DNA of 64,000 bases from Leptospirales bacterium (GTDB lineage: Bacteria > Spirochaetota > Leptospiria > Turneriellales > JAOUFE01): NCBI GenBank assembly GCA_040326155.1, contig JBEQLE010000009.1, positions 12,399-76,398 of the forward strand. Reading direction: 5' to 3'. Shown here piece by piece: positions 29,846 through 41,132 of this stretch (positions within the stretch are counted from its first letter, which is position 1; the number at the start of each line of letters is the position of its first letter). Position numbers and translations under genes: made by a program. The notes beneath the pieces are model-generated. The model was not told the DNA's origin. It ran no database searches and saw only the letters and a list, made by a program, of their open reading frames with translations.

Positions 29846-32800
29846 TAAGAACCCTCTCTTTCAGGAACAGCTTTTTCATATTTTACTTTTTTAATACGGT
29901 ACGATTTAACTTCGTTTGTGGTACGTTGCAAAAATTCGGTCACAGGAATTCTTTCCTGTGACATGCTATTTTTCAAAGCAGGAATATCTCCATATATATC
30001 GGCGTAAATAAGCCCCTCTTCAATTCTTGCGTCCATTTTATTGACTTTAATTCGATCATTTATTCCATTCACCCAGTTGACTCCCAGATCTGGTTTAATA
30101 ATTTTAATTGCTGACTTACCGAAATCGGGCCCCATTTTGTATACGGAAAAGTATCCGATCATATTTTCAAGTGGTTTATCAAGCCTGTTCCCACTGATAT
30201 TAATATCCATACTGAGTTTGCCATTTTCGATAGATTTGGCTCTTAAGGGCGGCATAATATTTTTTAAATCGATGTCTTTTACCTGCACTTTCATCAGATA
30301 TTCCATTTGTGCCGGGTCGCCGGTACCCACGTTGAAATAACTATCACGAACTATAACTACGCCATTTAGTATATTAATCTGCAATGAGGGAAGGTAAAAT
30401 ACATTATCTTTATAATACATGGAAGCGCTGAAACCATTATCATCTGCTTTTGGAGAAATTATTTCTGTTGGCTGGTTTGGCATCGAAGAGATTTCCATGT
30501 CAACCGATTTGATCTTAAAGTTATAATTGATATTTTTTTGATAATCAGGGATAAGGTTTTCTTTTTTGGCGGCTTTGGTATTTAAAACGGTTTTTAACCT
30601 GGTATTGTGTATAAAGGGGAATTCCATAACGATATGGTTTACTCGCGTAAAAGATCCGTTATCATAAGAAAAATCATCGATATTAAAATCCCCTTTGATA
30701 ATGTTATCGACCCAGGTAGCTAATAGTTTCACCTCCCCTTGAATAGTCTGGTTTTGAAAAATTCTATCCCGATTCTTTTTACTAAAGAGAAAATCTATTT
30801 TTAAATGCGGAACCCATTCAACATTATTATCTTTCAGGTGTCCGTCAATCTGTAAATTCAGAGCTTTGTTAAAACCCTTCAATTGAATTACAGGTATGTC
30901 GATTCGACTTCCTTTTTTTTTGATAATTGCGGTAAAATCCAGATCGTTAATATTGAAATCTTCTATTTTACCATTGAGGTGGTGATCGAGGTCAATATTT
31001 TCACCATTCATCTTAACTGTGGTTTTACCCGAAAAAGTAATATTCTTATGTAATTTCTTGGCTGCAGCATCAAGAGATTCTTGTAAAGAATATGTTAAAG
31101 ATGGATAAAGGTCAAAAACATTCACTGAAAAGTTGGTTAAGTTGAAAGTGGTATCAATTTGATCGAAATTCTTCGTAATATTTACGTTAGAATTTATCCA
31201 TGCTGTTTTTAAGTTTTCTTTATTTAACAATGTAACACTAAGGACAGAAATATTTAGTTTCACTTTATTATAAGTTGTATCAGGGGAAGTCATTTTACTT
31301 TTCATACGAAAATTCATCCGGTTTGTGCCAGAACGACCATTGTTTATATAATACCGAAAATAGCTTGATTTCAGATTTACCGTTGAATTAAGGTTTCTTT
31401 CATTTGGTCCTTTCACAGTGACATCAAAGTCAAATTTTCCGTTTAAGGATTTTCCTGAGTATTGATACGGGTTAAATCTTTTTATAAAGGCTTTAACATA
31501 GACTTGTTGCTCCGGACGATATTCAATACGAGCCCCAAGAGGAGAGTTATTGAATCTTCCATCCCAGTTGATTTTGGCAAACACAACGGGAATTCCTTCT
31601 AGATCTGTGTTAATGAGCGTTTCATAAGAAAGTTTCAGATGGTTAATTTTGGAGTTCGAATCGCCTGTACGCACAAATACATTATTCAGTGTTAGATTTC
31701 CATCCACCTTTAAATTATTCAACGGTCCTTTAATCTTTAACGGCGCCAGAGAGATGGTTCCTCCAAATTTCATACTGTTGTCTCCGGTAAAAACGGTATA
31801 AAAAGGATGAACTTTATCGAGTACAATGTTCGATTTATCAAGATTCAGATTTAATTTCATAGTATCTGAATTGGTGACATTATCAATGTATCCTTCGAAA
31901 TTCATCCAGGTATCTTTTTTGAAATTGATTTTGAGAAAATCCAGAGTCAATCGGTCCAGTTCGGGTTGATAATCGAGCTCATAATCGATAAAAAAGTCTA
32001 ACGGTAGCGAGTGCTTTCCTTTATAGGTTACCGGCAGGTCGGAACTACCAAGTATTAGACGTGAGAAAAAGTCTTTGCTGCCCTCGGTTCCCGTACTTGA
32101 AATTAGCCAGTGAAGGTTTAAAGGCGACTTAGAGATTGTAGATGAATTTTTATAATATACATCGATGGTTTTCTGCGGATCGAGGTTTACATAAAATTTT
32201 TCTATAATATTAGCGGAGTCTACAATGTCGGGCAGGGTCATGGGTATTTTCGTAAATCTTTTTGAAATAAAATAGGTATGCAAGGTAAAATCATTTACAC
32301 CTGCCACAAATGCGTCAGACTTATCAGTTTCATTGTTAATTGCGATGGAAAAATCTTCCAGAATAAATTTAACAAAAATTCGTATGGAAAATGGCAGATC
32401 TATGGAAGTAGACTCTTCTTCTTCAAGTTCCTCGATTTCCTCTTCTTCAACTTCGGCTTCGCCTGGTTTCATTAAAGTTTCATAATTCCAGACACCATTT
32501 TTTGAGGTCAGAAAAACAGCCGGTTTATAAATACCAAATTCATGAATTCCAATATCCCCGACGAAAAACCCGAGAAAAGTGTATTTAAGGTTAATTTTGT
32601 CTACTTTTAGAAGAGCAGTGTGGTTAAAGTCAGGCCCGGATAGAATTTCAATATTTTCAAATGTAAAACCACGAAAAAGGGAAGCTTTCGTTACATCCAG
32701 AGAAATTTTTCCATTGCTGAGTTCCTGAAAGTTGTTCACAATCAGGCTTTTTACAAAAGCTTTTGAAAAGAAAACGTTGTATACAACCACAATTCCTACC

Positions 32801-32880
32801 AGTGTAATCATTCCTGTTATTTTCAGAATTATTTTGAAACGTGATACTCTGTCTAATTTTTCGTATTCAGCTAAACCCAT
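29845..32880 (-). CDS. Large AsmA/TamB-like membrane-anchored beta-rich protein (LIC_11026-like)
   Basis: N-terminal TM anchor, AsmA-like start (GVWNYETL), about 1000 aa of beta-strand pattern. Confidence 0.65.
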   Translation of the reverse strand: MGLAEYEKLDRVSRFKIILKITGMITLVGIVVVYNVFFSKAFVKSLIVNNFQELSNGKISLDVTKASLFRGFTFENIEILSGPDFNHTALLKVDKINLKYTFLGFFVGDIGIHEFGIYKPAVFLTSKNGVWNYETLMKPGEAEVEEEEIEELEEEESTSIDLPFSIRIFVKFILEDFSIAINNETDKSDAFVAGVNDFTLHTYFISKRFTKIPMTLPDIVDSANIIEKFYVNLDPQKTIDVYYKNSSTISKSPLNLHWLISSTGTEGSKDFFSRLILGSSDLPVTYKGKHSLPLDFFIDYELDYQPELDRLTLDFLKINFKKDTWMNFEGYIDNVTNSDTMKLNLNLDKSNIVLDKVHPFYTVFTGDNSMKFGGTISLAPLKIKGPLNNLKVDGNLTLNNVFVRTGDSNSKINHLKLSYETLINTDLEGIPVVFAKINWDGRFNNSPLGARIEYRPEQQVYVKAFIKRFNPYQYSGKSLNGKFDFDVTVKGPNERNLNSTVNLKSSYFRYYINNGRSGTNRMNFRMKSKMTSPDTTYNKVKLNISVLSVTLLNKENLKTAWINSNVNITKNFDQIDTTFNLTNFSVNVFDLYPSLTYSLQESLDAAAKKLHKNITFSGKTTVKMNGENIDLDHHLNGKIEDFNINDLDFTAIIKKKGSRIDIPVIQLKGFNKALNLQIDGHLKDNNVEWVPHLKIDFLFSKKNRDRIFQNQTIQGEVKLLATWVDNIIKGDFNIDDFSYDNGSFTRVNHIVMEFPFIHNTRLKTVLNTKAAKKENLIPDYQKNINYNFKIKSVDMEISSMPNQPTEIISPKADDNGFSASMYYKDNVFYLPSLQINILNGVVIVRDSYFNVGTGDPAQMEYLMKVQVKDIDLKNIMPPLRAKSIENGKLSMDINISGNRLDKPLENMIGYFSVYKMGPDFGKSAIKIIKPDLGVNWVNGINDRIKVNKMDARIEEGLIYADIYGDIPALKNSMSQERIPVTEFLQRTTNEVKSYRIKKVKYEKAVPEREGS

Positions 32881-33005
32881 ATATAAAGTACTCTCCTGTT
32901 ATCTCTTTTACTGAGTTCTATATGTAAAATACAAAGACAAGAATAAAAGGAACAAGAGTCACAATTAATACTTTTCACCCTGTGTTGCAAATTTTCTCTA
33001 AGGCA

Positions 33006-35309
33006 ATGGTAAATGAAGATACAATTCTAGAAAACCTGAATGAACCTCAAAAAGAGGCTGTTCGTCAAACGGAAGGGCCTGTTTTAATTCTGGCTGGGGC
33101 GGGTAGCGGAAAAACCAGAACGATCGTGCATCGAATTGCTTATTTAATTCATGTAAAACATGTCTCTCCGCGAAGAATTGTCGCCGTAACCTTTACCAAT
33201 AAGGCCTCTCAAGAGATGAAAACGCGTACCTATGAGGTCGCCGGGTCCGATGCAGAAGAGTGTCTTATTCGAACTTACCACTCTCTGGGTCTTTTTTTAC
33301 TGCGAAGACTCGCTCATTATATCGGATATCCATCTGACTTTACCATATGGGACGACATCGATCAAATGGGAACGCTTGGGGCCATCGTTGAAAAACACGT
33401 CGAAGAGAAGTTGTCCAGAAATGAGATCAAGAATATTGTCCAGTCGATAAACTCGTTTAAAGATCAACTGATCTCCCCTTCGGAATTGTCGGAGAAAGTT
33501 GACCTGGAAGAGTACCAAATGGGTGACCAATTGCAAGAGTTGTATCATTTATACGAACAAAAAAAGATCGACTCTAAAGCGGTTGATTTTGCCGACCTCT
33601 TGTATCAAACAGTTAAAATACTTCGAGAAAATCCCGAAGCGCTTGTCGGCTTGCAGGCTCGCTATGATTATTTTTTAGTCGATGAGTATCAGGATACAAA
33701 CCATGCACAATACGTATTAATAAAATTATTGTCTTCAGGTAAGAAAAATCTTTGTGTCGTTGGCGACGACGACCAGGCGATTTACACATGGCGCGGCGCC
33801 GATATCAGCAACATCCTGGATTTTGCCAAGGATTACAGCGAAGCAAAAGTGGTTAAATTAGAAGAGAATTATCGTTCGACCCAGCATGTGCTTGATCTTG
33901 CCAACTCTGTTATTAGAAATAATTCGAATCGAATGGACAAGTCTCTCTGGACGCAGAAAAAAGAGGGTAAAAAAGCAAAACTTTTTACTTTAAATTCAGA
34001 CCGCGACGAGAGTAACGAAATTGGCAATATGATCGAAGCCCTTCAATCGGAAGTTTCGCTCGAAGACATTGCCGTTTTGTACCGAACGAATACCCAGTCA
34101 CGTTTAATAGAAGAAGCGTTAATCAAAAGAAGAATAAACTACCGCGTTTTCGGTGGTCCGTCGTTTTTTAACCGAAAAGAGATTAAAGACCTTCTGAGTT
34201 ATCTGCGGCTTTTGGTGAATCCTTTTGATGAAGCATCGTTTGTTCGCATTGTTAATACCCCCAATCGTGGAATCGGAGAAAAAACTCTTGAAAAAATAAT
34301 GGCTGCGCGCTCTGAAATGATGGACGAACAGCGGGTTGTACCAAATTTTATCTCGTTTTTGAAAAAAGGCCACGAGCTGCCACTTTCAGCAAAGGTGAAA
34401 ATTAACACCTCGGCTTTAGGCGACTGGATGGAAGATTTCCTGGAAAAAGTAAAACAAAAAGCCGACCTCGCGCTTTTACTGGAAGATATTTTAGACAGCA
34501 GCGGACTGCGAAAAGTCCTGGAAGACGAAGATAACCTTCTGGGTACCAGTCGAATGGAAAATGTTCGAGAGTTAAAAAACTCCCTGCTTGAATTCACGAG
34601 TCAAAATCCTGATGGAACACTTTCTGACTACCTGCAAGAGATTTCCCTGTTTTCGAGTACAAAAGACTCAGAAGCAGAATCTGGTGCCGTCAATTTAATG
34701 ACTATTCATAATGCCAAGGGGCTTGAGTTCGATTCTGTTATTATAGCAGGGTTAGATGAAAATATATTCCCCCACCGCCTGGCCCTGAAAAGAGACCTGG
34801 TAGAAGATGATGAAGAAGGAATGAGAGCAACAGGTGAAGGCGAAGGAAAACAAGAAGAACGCCGACTACTTTATGTTGCCATTACCAGAGCACGTCGCAG
34901 ACTACTGATGACCAGAGCACAAAATCGTTATATGGGAGGGTATCCAGAGAGGTTTAAGCCTTCGGTTTTTATCGCTGAAATGGACGCCAACCTGTTTGAA
35001 TCGATCAACAAGGGAAGCAGCGGCCAGAGTTCCGGGTTTTCACGACACAGCTCGCCGGTCACGTCTTCCTACCGAAAAAAACCGGTTCCCACTTCCACTT
35101 TTAACAACACAATAACCGCGGCCAGCGCCTCATCAAGCGGGTCAGGTACGGTAATAAAATCTGGTATGCGAGTACGTCACCCGAAGTTTGGAGCTGGAAA
35201 AGTATTTAGTATAGAAGGAACAGGCGACGCCCGAAAAATTAATATCTTTTTTGATGATAAAAAATCCAGAAAATTTGTATTGAAATATGCGAACCTGGAA
35301 CGTGTTTAA
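33006..35309 (+). CDS. pcrA: UvrD/PcrA superfamily 1 DNA helicase
   Basis: AGAGSGKT, TFTNKA, VDEYQD, VGDDDQAIY, LYRTN, TIHNAKGLEF, EERRLLYVAITRA; C-terminal Tudor-like VRHPKFG. Confidence 0.94.
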   Translation: MVNEDTILENLNEPQKEAVRQTEGPVLILAGAGSGKTRTIVHRIAYLIHVKHVSPRRIVAVTFTNKASQEMKTRTYEVAGSDAEECLIRTYHSLGLFLLRRLAHYIGYPSDFTIWDDIDQMGTLGAIVEKHVEEKLSRNEIKNIVQSINSFKDQLISPSELSEKVDLEEYQMGDQLQELYHLYEQKKIDSKAVDFADLLYQTVKILRENPEALVGLQARYDYFLVDEYQDTNHAQYVLIKLLSSGKKNLCVVGDDDQAIYTWRGADISNILDFAKDYSEAKVVKLEENYRSTQHVLDLANSVIRNNSNRMDKSLWTQKKEGKKAKLFTLNSDRDESNEIGNMIEALQSEVSLEDIAVLYRTNTQSRLIEEALIKRRINYRVFGGPSFFNRKEIKDLLSYLRLLVNPFDEASFVRIVNTPNRGIGEKTLEKIMAARSEMMDEQRVVPNFISFLKKGHELPLSAKVKINTSALGDWMEDFLEKVKQKADLALLLEDILDSSGLRKVLEDEDNLLGTSRMENVRELKNSLLEFTSQNPDGTLSDYLQEISLFSSTKDSEAESGAVNLMTIHNAKGLEFDSVIIAGLDENIFPHRLALKRDLVEDDEEGMRATGEGEGKQEERRLLYVAITRARRRLLMTRAQNRYMGGYPERFKPSVFIAEMDANLFESINKGSSGQSSGFSRHSSPVTSSYRKKPVPTSTFNNTITAASASSSGSGTVIKSGMRVRHPKFGAGKVFSIEGTGDARKINIFFDDKKSRKFVLKYANLERV

Positions 35310-35311
35310 CA

Positions 35312-35632
35312 CTATTTAGTGTCGATATCGGCGAGGTTGTGCATTTCAACCATTTTAAAAACTTTTGCTATTTTTTTATCTAAATTAATAAATTTAAACT
35401 TTGTTTTCTCATTTAAGCCGGAAAAGTATCGGATTATAGATATAAATTCTGCAATTCCCAGAGAATTAATATATTGCACTTCATCAAAGTTAAAAACTAT
35501 TTTTCCGATTTTCCCGCCACTTTCATTATGTCGAGCAAGAACGGTATCAAATATTGGTATTTCACCTTCCAGTTTCTCGGTATGAATACTGACTTTCATG
35601 CTGCTTTGTTCTATTATTATATCTATTTCCAT
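35312..35632 (-). CDS. STAS-domain anti-sigma-factor antagonist
   Basis: VQYINSLGI phospho-Ser motif; 106 aa. Confidence 0.85.
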   Translation of the reverse strand: MEIDIIIEQSSMKVSIHTEKLEGEIPIFDTVLARHNESGGKIGKIVFNFDEVQYINSLGIAEFISIIRYFSGLNEKTKFKFINLDKKIAKVFKMVEMHNLADIDTK

Positions 35633-35644
35633 AATTTTCTCCGG

Positions 35645-36070
35645 TTAATTCGATAATGGGAGTTGCAAACGTATATTATTTCCTCTTTCGTTCCATTCTA
35701 TTTTACAGAATGTTTGCATAATAAAAATGCCACGCCCACGCAGAGACAGTCTGTCATCTTCGCTCCGCTTTTCCCCAACATTTTTCGAGTTAAACCCCTG
35801 CCCTTCGTCGTAAACTGAAACAATCAGTGAATCATCATTCTTTTTAAAAAATTCCACTTTTACAGTTTTGAGCTTAGACCACTTGTTGCCATGCTCCATT
35901 GCATTACTTATAGCTTCATCCAGTACAAGGTATAACTCGTATTTATCCAAAGCAACACTCAAACCCTCTTTTTCAATTTCAAATATAGTTGATTCTATGA
36001 GTTTAACTCTTTCCGCATGAACCGAGGTTACTGACTTTTCCCAGATAATTTGCATATGTTCTGCCATCAT
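35645..36070 (-). CDS. RsbW-like anti-sigma factor / Ser kinase
   Basis: EAISNAMEHGN, DEGQGF and GRGIFIM HATPase boxes. Confidence 0.88.
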   Translation of the reverse strand: MMAEHMQIIWEKSVTSVHAERVKLIESTIFEIEKEGLSVALDKYELYLVLDEAISNAMEHGNKWSKLKTVKVEFFKKNDDSLIVSVYDEGQGFNSKNVGEKRSEDDRLSLRGRGIFIMQTFCKIEWNERGNNIRLQLPLSN

Positions 36071-36215
36071 TTTCAGATGGCATTATTCAAATTTCTTATT
36101 ACCCGTCAAGATATATCAAATTATTGCAAAAAATGAACTATAAATGTCTATGATATTGTTTTTGGGTTCGAAAAATGTTTACAAAACAAAAAACCCTTTT
36201 TTCGTGACAGTGATA

Positions 36216-37181
36216 ATGAAAAAGTTTATAATATGCATGACACTGCTTGGTACATTAGGCGGTGGGTTTTTATTTTCCGCTGAATTAATTAACGATATTA
36301 TAGCAGTCGTCGGTGATCTTCCTATTACCAGCTATGATTTGGCTGAAGAAAAGAAATTTTTTACAAAACGAGCTGAGTATAAGAAAGATGGTAGAAATAT
36401 TGATAGCCGAATACTCGATTTTTTAATCAACCGGACTATAGTTTTTTATAATGCAAAACAAGAAGCAGTTACGATCAGTGATGCGCGTGTGGAAGACTCC
36501 CTTAAACAACAAATGGCCGGCCAGGGTACTAAAACGGAGAAAGCCTTTGAGCGCTTAGTAAAGAAACAATTTGGTTTTACTTTAGCTGAATATCGAGAAG
36601 AAGTGCGTTTTAATATGCTTTCTCAGTCAATTTTGCAAATGAAAGTTCAAATACCTCCCCCTGAAGATAAAGAAGTGGAACAGTGGTTTAAAAAGAATAA
36701 AAGAAAGCTGGGTAAAAAGTTTAAAATTCGTTTAATTCGTAAAAGATATAAACAAAATGATGTAAAAGACGAATTAAAGATAAACCGACTGTTAGATTCT
36801 GCTCGGCAAGAAGCTCTTAAGGATTTTAGCGCCGCAGCCAGAAAATACTCTGACCATTCAAGTAGAAGCTCAGGTGGCGCTCTTGGTTGGTTAAATGAGC
36901 AAGAAATATATGCTGTAGACATGTATGTTTTGAATATGGTTATGCAATTTATAAAACAAAAAGGTCGAGGGGTTACTCCCGTATTTAAAGGCAAGGGTTA
37001 TTATTATATTGTCAAAATAGACGCGTATCGTAGTGTTGAATATGCAGATGTGAAAGAATATGTAAAATCCATGTTATACAATATTAAAAGGAGTGACGCA
37101 TTTAAAGATTGGCTGAAACTAGAGAGAAAAAGAATTTCAGTGATCATTTATATGAAACAATATCAAAAGCCTCGTCTTTAA
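36216..37181 (+). CDS. SurA-like parvulin peptidyl-prolyl isomerase / periplasmic chaperone
   Basis: Signal peptide from MKKF (36216); IIAVVGDLPIT SurA N-terminus; FSAAARKYS...GGALGW rotamase motif. Confidence 0.85.
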   Translation: MKKFIICMTLLGTLGGGFLFSAELINDIIAVVGDLPITSYDLAEEKKFFTKRAEYKKDGRNIDSRILDFLINRTIVFYNAKQEAVTISDARVEDSLKQQMAGQGTKTEKAFERLVKKQFGFTLAEYREEVRFNMLSQSILQMKVQIPPPEDKEVEQWFKKNKRKLGKKFKIRLIRKRYKQNDVKDELKINRLLDSARQEALKDFSAAARKYSDHSSRSSGGALGWLNEQEIYAVDMYVLNMVMQFIKQKGRGVTPVFKGKGYYYIVKIDAYRSVEYADVKEYVKSMLYNIKRSDAFKDWLKLERKRISVIIYMKQYQKPRL

Positions 37182-37209
37182 GTGGCTAAGATTAAATGGT
37201 ACAGATTCA

Positions 37210-38790
37210 ATGGTTAAGTTTCCGAATAATAGCGCCCTTTTAATTCATTTAAACGCTTCCGTCCTGGAATTATGGAGCTCCCTGGAGGGATCTTCCGCAG
37301 ATTCCGATTCTGGAGCAAACTGGAATTCTTTATGTAAAACTTTTTCTGATAAACTTCAAACTCTGGCGTTGCCGGTTTTTTTTTCGGTTGAAAAAGAGAC
37401 GGACTCGTCTAACCATATTCTCGCTTTACTTTCAAATACCGATCTGGTCATAAAAAATGTTGAGTATTCCCATGAATTAACAATTTTACATAATCTGTTT
37501 ACAAAAAACAAATTTGAAAATATTGTTTATTTCGATTCCATATATCCTTTGTTAGATTTTCAAGTATTATCAAATATAGTAAGTATGCATACCGAGTATG
37601 GAGCCGATTACAGTTTTGGTGAAAACGTCCCCCCTGGAATTGTTCCTCCCATTTTCGGATCATCCATTATAGAAGCGCTGAGAATTCAGGAAGAAGAAAA
37701 AGAGGCATTGTCAAACCTTCCCATTCCCCTTTCTTTGTATGTAGAAAAAAATCTTAATAATTTTCATGTTGAAATACATTATGAACTGCCTGATTTACGA
37801 ATGTTGCGATTAAACTTTAATTGTAAGAATGTAAGGTCGGTTGTTCTTACCGGTAGAATAAACAGTGAAATTTCAAACGGTAACAAGGTTTTTGAACAAC
37901 TCGAAGGGTTACTTCAAAAAAAACCTGAACTTACGTTTCAGTTTCCATCGTATATTGAGCTCGAAATATTTGGCGGGTGTGAATATAGCTGTTCTTTTTG
38001 TTTTCGCCAACAAAAAAAGCCGACTGGTAATGCTCTGTCTCTGGAAAATATAGATTCACTTCTTACATTTGTACAAACCGGCATGGACGATACATCGGTT
38101 GGTCTTGGCGGCCAAGGTGAACCTTTGCAACACCAGGAAGCTGTGCAAATTATAGAAAAGTTTTTAGATGAAGAAAAAATTCAAACAGTTGTAGTGGAAA
38201 CAAACGGACTTTATCTGGAGAAAATTATCGAACTGTTTCAGCATCCGTCTGTTTCAAAACTTCGTTTTGTAATAAATATTAACAGCATAAAAAATTATCC
38301 GCAAATACACGGAACGGTTGAAGAAAACCGGGAAAAAGTTTTTATGAATCTTGAAAAAATAAAAACAATATTAACGGAACAAAAACCGGAACTACTTCCT
38401 AATATGTATATTCAGATGTTGAAAATTGTTGACAATGAAACGGAAGTCGATGATATATTTGAGTTATCACAAAACCTGAATTTTTCTTTTTTATTGCAAA
38501 AGTATAACAGTTTTACCGGCATACTCAAAGAAAAAAGAGTTTCAGATATGACCCCGCTTGAAAGGACTTTTTGCTGGCATTTGCAACGAGATTTATATAT
38601 TAACTCCGATGGATTGGTTCAATTTTGCAAGCAAAGCTCCGACGAAAACACCAGAGGTAATATTAACACAGACAATATTTCTGATATATGGTTAAGTCAG
38701 AAAACCGATTGGGTCGATAATTATAACGGGAAGTATGCTAAGAGTCCGGCTTGTGAAAGTTGTGACGAATACTTTACGTATAATTTTTAA
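37210..38790 (+). CDS. Spiro-SPASM protein (cytidylyltransferase-like N-terminus, radical SAM and SPASM domains)
   Basis: CEYSCSFC (CxxxCxxC), GGQGEP, and SPASM cysteines CWHLQRD...C...CESC. Confidence 0.88.
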   Translation: MVKFPNNSALLIHLNASVLELWSSLEGSSADSDSGANWNSLCKTFSDKLQTLALPVFFSVEKETDSSNHILALLSNTDLVIKNVEYSHELTILHNLFTKNKFENIVYFDSIYPLLDFQVLSNIVSMHTEYGADYSFGENVPPGIVPPIFGSSIIEALRIQEEEKEALSNLPIPLSLYVEKNLNNFHVEIHYELPDLRMLRLNFNCKNVRSVVLTGRINSEISNGNKVFEQLEGLLQKKPELTFQFPSYIELEIFGGCEYSCSFCFRQQKKPTGNALSLENIDSLLTFVQTGMDDTSVGLGGQGEPLQHQEAVQIIEKFLDEEKIQTVVVETNGLYLEKIIELFQHPSVSKLRFVININSIKNYPQIHGTVEENREKVFMNLEKIKTILTEQKPELLPNMYIQMLKIVDNETEVDDIFELSQNLNFSFLLQKYNSFTGILKEKRVSDMTPLERTFCWHLQRDLYINSDGLVQFCKQSSDENTRGNINTDNISDIWLSQKTDWVDNYNGKYAKSPACESCDEYFTYNF

Positions 38791-39539
38791 TGAGAAAAAT
38801 TCGTTATATTATTCAAGCCAGAATGGAGTCCAAAAGACTTCCGGGAAAAGTTCTGCGACTGATCGGTGAAAAACCGTTGTTGGAGCATATGGTCGATCGT
38901 CTTTTTTTGTCCGGAGCAAAAACAGATGAAATTGTGTTTGCTTTAGGTGAAGAAGATGATGACAGCCTTAGAAGTTTCTTACAACGTAAGGGGCTTTCGT
39001 TTTTCAGCGGGGATAAATTTAATGTACTTTCCAGATATCTTTTAGCCGCCAACGACCTGGATGAAAACGATACTGTCGTTCGCATAACGGGCGATAATCC
39101 GTTTCTAGACTATCATATTCTAAGTGCAATGTTAAATGACGAAAAATCAATTGCCGCCGATTTAGCATACCCGGTAAAATTACCGACAGGTATGGGCTTT
39201 GAAGTGATTCGAGTCGGCGCATTAAAGAGCCAAACGGAAAATGAGTTGTCACTTTACCATAAAGAACATGTCACCATCTTTATGCGGGAAAACCCGAACC
39301 TTTATAATATACTTCCTACCGTGCAATATGAAGATGTTCCTGATATTCGACTGACTGTTGATTATGTGGAAGACCTGGAGCAGGCCGAAAAAACATGGCA
39401 ATATTTTTCCGGGCTGGGCAATGCAAACTTTTGTACCAGTGACGTTTACCAATTGGCCAGAGAACAGGCGGACTTTTTTAACATCAATAAAAATTCACTG
39501 CAACGTTCGGCTTTAAGTTATGAGAAACCTCCCTCCTGA
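38790..39539 (+). CDS. SpsF-like cytidylyltransferase
   Basis: IIQARMESKRLPGK, RITGDNP, EHVT and RLTVD motifs. Confidence 0.9.
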   Translation: MRKIRYIIQARMESKRLPGKVLRLIGEKPLLEHMVDRLFLSGAKTDEIVFALGEEDDDSLRSFLQRKGLSFFSGDKFNVLSRYLLAANDLDENDTVVRITGDNPFLDYHILSAMLNDEKSIAADLAYPVKLPTGMGFEVIRVGALKSQTENELSLYHKEHVTIFMRENPNLYNILPTVQYEDVPDIRLTVDYVEDLEQAEKTWQYFSGLGNANFCTSDVYQLAREQADFFNINKNSLQRSALSYEKPPS

Positions 39540-40251
39540 AGAACGGCTGGTGTATTGTTTTGCTGGTAAGGGGCCTTCTTTCGGCACCGGGCATATGCGC
39601 CGCATGAAAGCTTTAAGCGAGTTGTTGCATTCAGTAGGTATAAAATCGAAATTGGTAACACAGCAGAGTGAAATTGATTCTTGTCCGGCTGCTATTGTTT
39701 TCGACAGGCGAGATGAGTCTTTGTCAGATGAAATTATAAAATTACAATTGTCCTCCATTCCGGTAGTCGCCCTGGATAATCGAGGGCCCGGTAGAGGCCA
39801 GGCCGGGCAGATTTACGATACACTTCCTCACCCCGACATGAACACGGAAGAGATCAATATTTCCATAGGTAGAATTTTGCTGGCCTCATTCTTTTCTGAA
39901 AAACCTACATTGGCTCACAAAGCCAGGTTACATATTATTTCGGAATCAGATATAAAAGCGGGTATATTCGAAGGGGAAAAAACTTTATTACACAAACCGG
40001 GTATCGAGATCGACCAATTTCAACAAAAACTTTTCGAGTCAGAAAAGGTTATTACCTATTTTGGTCAGACTTTATTTGAGGCCATTTATTGCGGCAAAGA
40101 AATTCATGTATATGGAATGACCGATTATCATCGCCATCTTGCTCAATGGTTTACAACATTTTGGAACAGCAACCAATCAGGTCACTATTTTGATGGTAAA
40201 GGTACCGAAAAATTGATAAGTTTTATCGGTTTTTTAATTAAATCGAATTAA
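39520..40251 (+). CDS. SpsG/PseG-like glycosyltransferase-fold protein (short)
   Basis: GTGHMRRM N-terminal motif, GQTLFEA, C-terminal DGKG. Confidence 0.7.
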   Translation: MRNLPPEERLVYCFAGKGPSFGTGHMRRMKALSELLHSVGIKSKLVTQQSEIDSCPAAIVFDRRDESLSDEIIKLQLSSIPVVALDNRGPGRGQAGQIYDTLPHPDMNTEEINISIGRILLASFFSEKPTLAHKARLHIISESDIKAGIFEGEKTLLHKPGIEIDQFQQKLFESEKVITYFGQTLFEAIYCGKEIHVYGMTDYHRHLAQWFTTFWNSNQSGHYFDGKGTEKLISFIGFLIKSN

Positions 40252-41126
40252 ACGGACTTCGTGAGTTCTTCACGGCTTTCTTGAATGTCAACATATTTAC
40301 GGGCAATTTTTTGCGCCAGGTGCCGAACTCTTGTAATATATTTTACTCTTTCAGATACGGAGATTACGCCTCTTGCATCCAGCAAATTAAACGTGTGACT
40401 GCATTTTACCAGATAGTCATATGCAGGAAAAACAATATCTTTTTCGGTAAAATTTAGAATTCGTAACGACTCGTCTTCATATTCGTCGAACCATTTGAAT
40501 AACTTTTTAGTATCTGCTATTTCAAAATTATATGTTGAATACTCAAATTCTGTCTGCTTATGAACTTCCCCGTATTTTACGGAGTCGTTCCAGTTCAGGT
40601 CGTAAACGTTGTCTATATTTTGCAGGTACATGGCCAGTCTTTCCAGCCCATAAGTCAGCTCTACAGATACCGGTTTTAACTCAAGGGAACCGCAGGTTTG
40701 AAAATAGGTGAATTGAGTTACTTCCATTCCATCGAGCCAGACTTCCCAGCCTAGACCGCTTGCGCCAAGCGTTGGCGATTCCCAATCGTCTTCCACAAAA
40801 CGTATATCGTGTTTCGTTAAATCGAAACCAAGTGCTTTGAGTGACCCCAGGTAAAGCTCCTGAGAATTCGCGGGTGAGGGTTTCATTATAACCTGGTATT
40901 GGTAATAGTGCTGCAGACGGTTAGGATTTTCCCCATAACGACCATCGGTGGGTCGCCGGGAGGGTTCGACATAAGCGACTTTGTAATTTTTGGGCCCAAG
41001 AACTCGTAAAAACGTGTGCGGATTAAAAGTTCCAGCGCCCACTTCAAGGTCTAAACCCTGCGCCAACATACACCCTTGTTCAGCCCAGTAATTGTTTAAT
41101 GTTCGGATGATGTCTTGAAAATACAT
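40248..41126 (-). CDS. glyQ: Glycine--tRNA ligase alpha subunit
   Basis: [32 protein letters not shown] and TYGLERL motifs. Confidence 0.97.
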   Translation of the reverse strand: MYFQDIIRTLNNYWAEQGCMLAQGLDLEVGAGTFNPHTFLRVLGPKNYKVAYVEPSRRPTDGRYGENPNRLQHYYQYQVIMKPSPANSQELYLGSLKALGFDLTKHDIRFVEDDWESPTLGASGLGWEVWLDGMEVTQFTYFQTCGSLELKPVSVELTYGLERLAMYLQNIDNVYDLNWNDSVKYGEVHKQTEFEYSTYNFEIADTKKLFKWFDEYEDESLRILNFTEKDIVFPAYDYLVKCSHTFNLLDARGVISVSERVKYITRVRHLAQKIARKYVDIQESREELTKSV

Positions 41127-41132
41127 TGCAAA

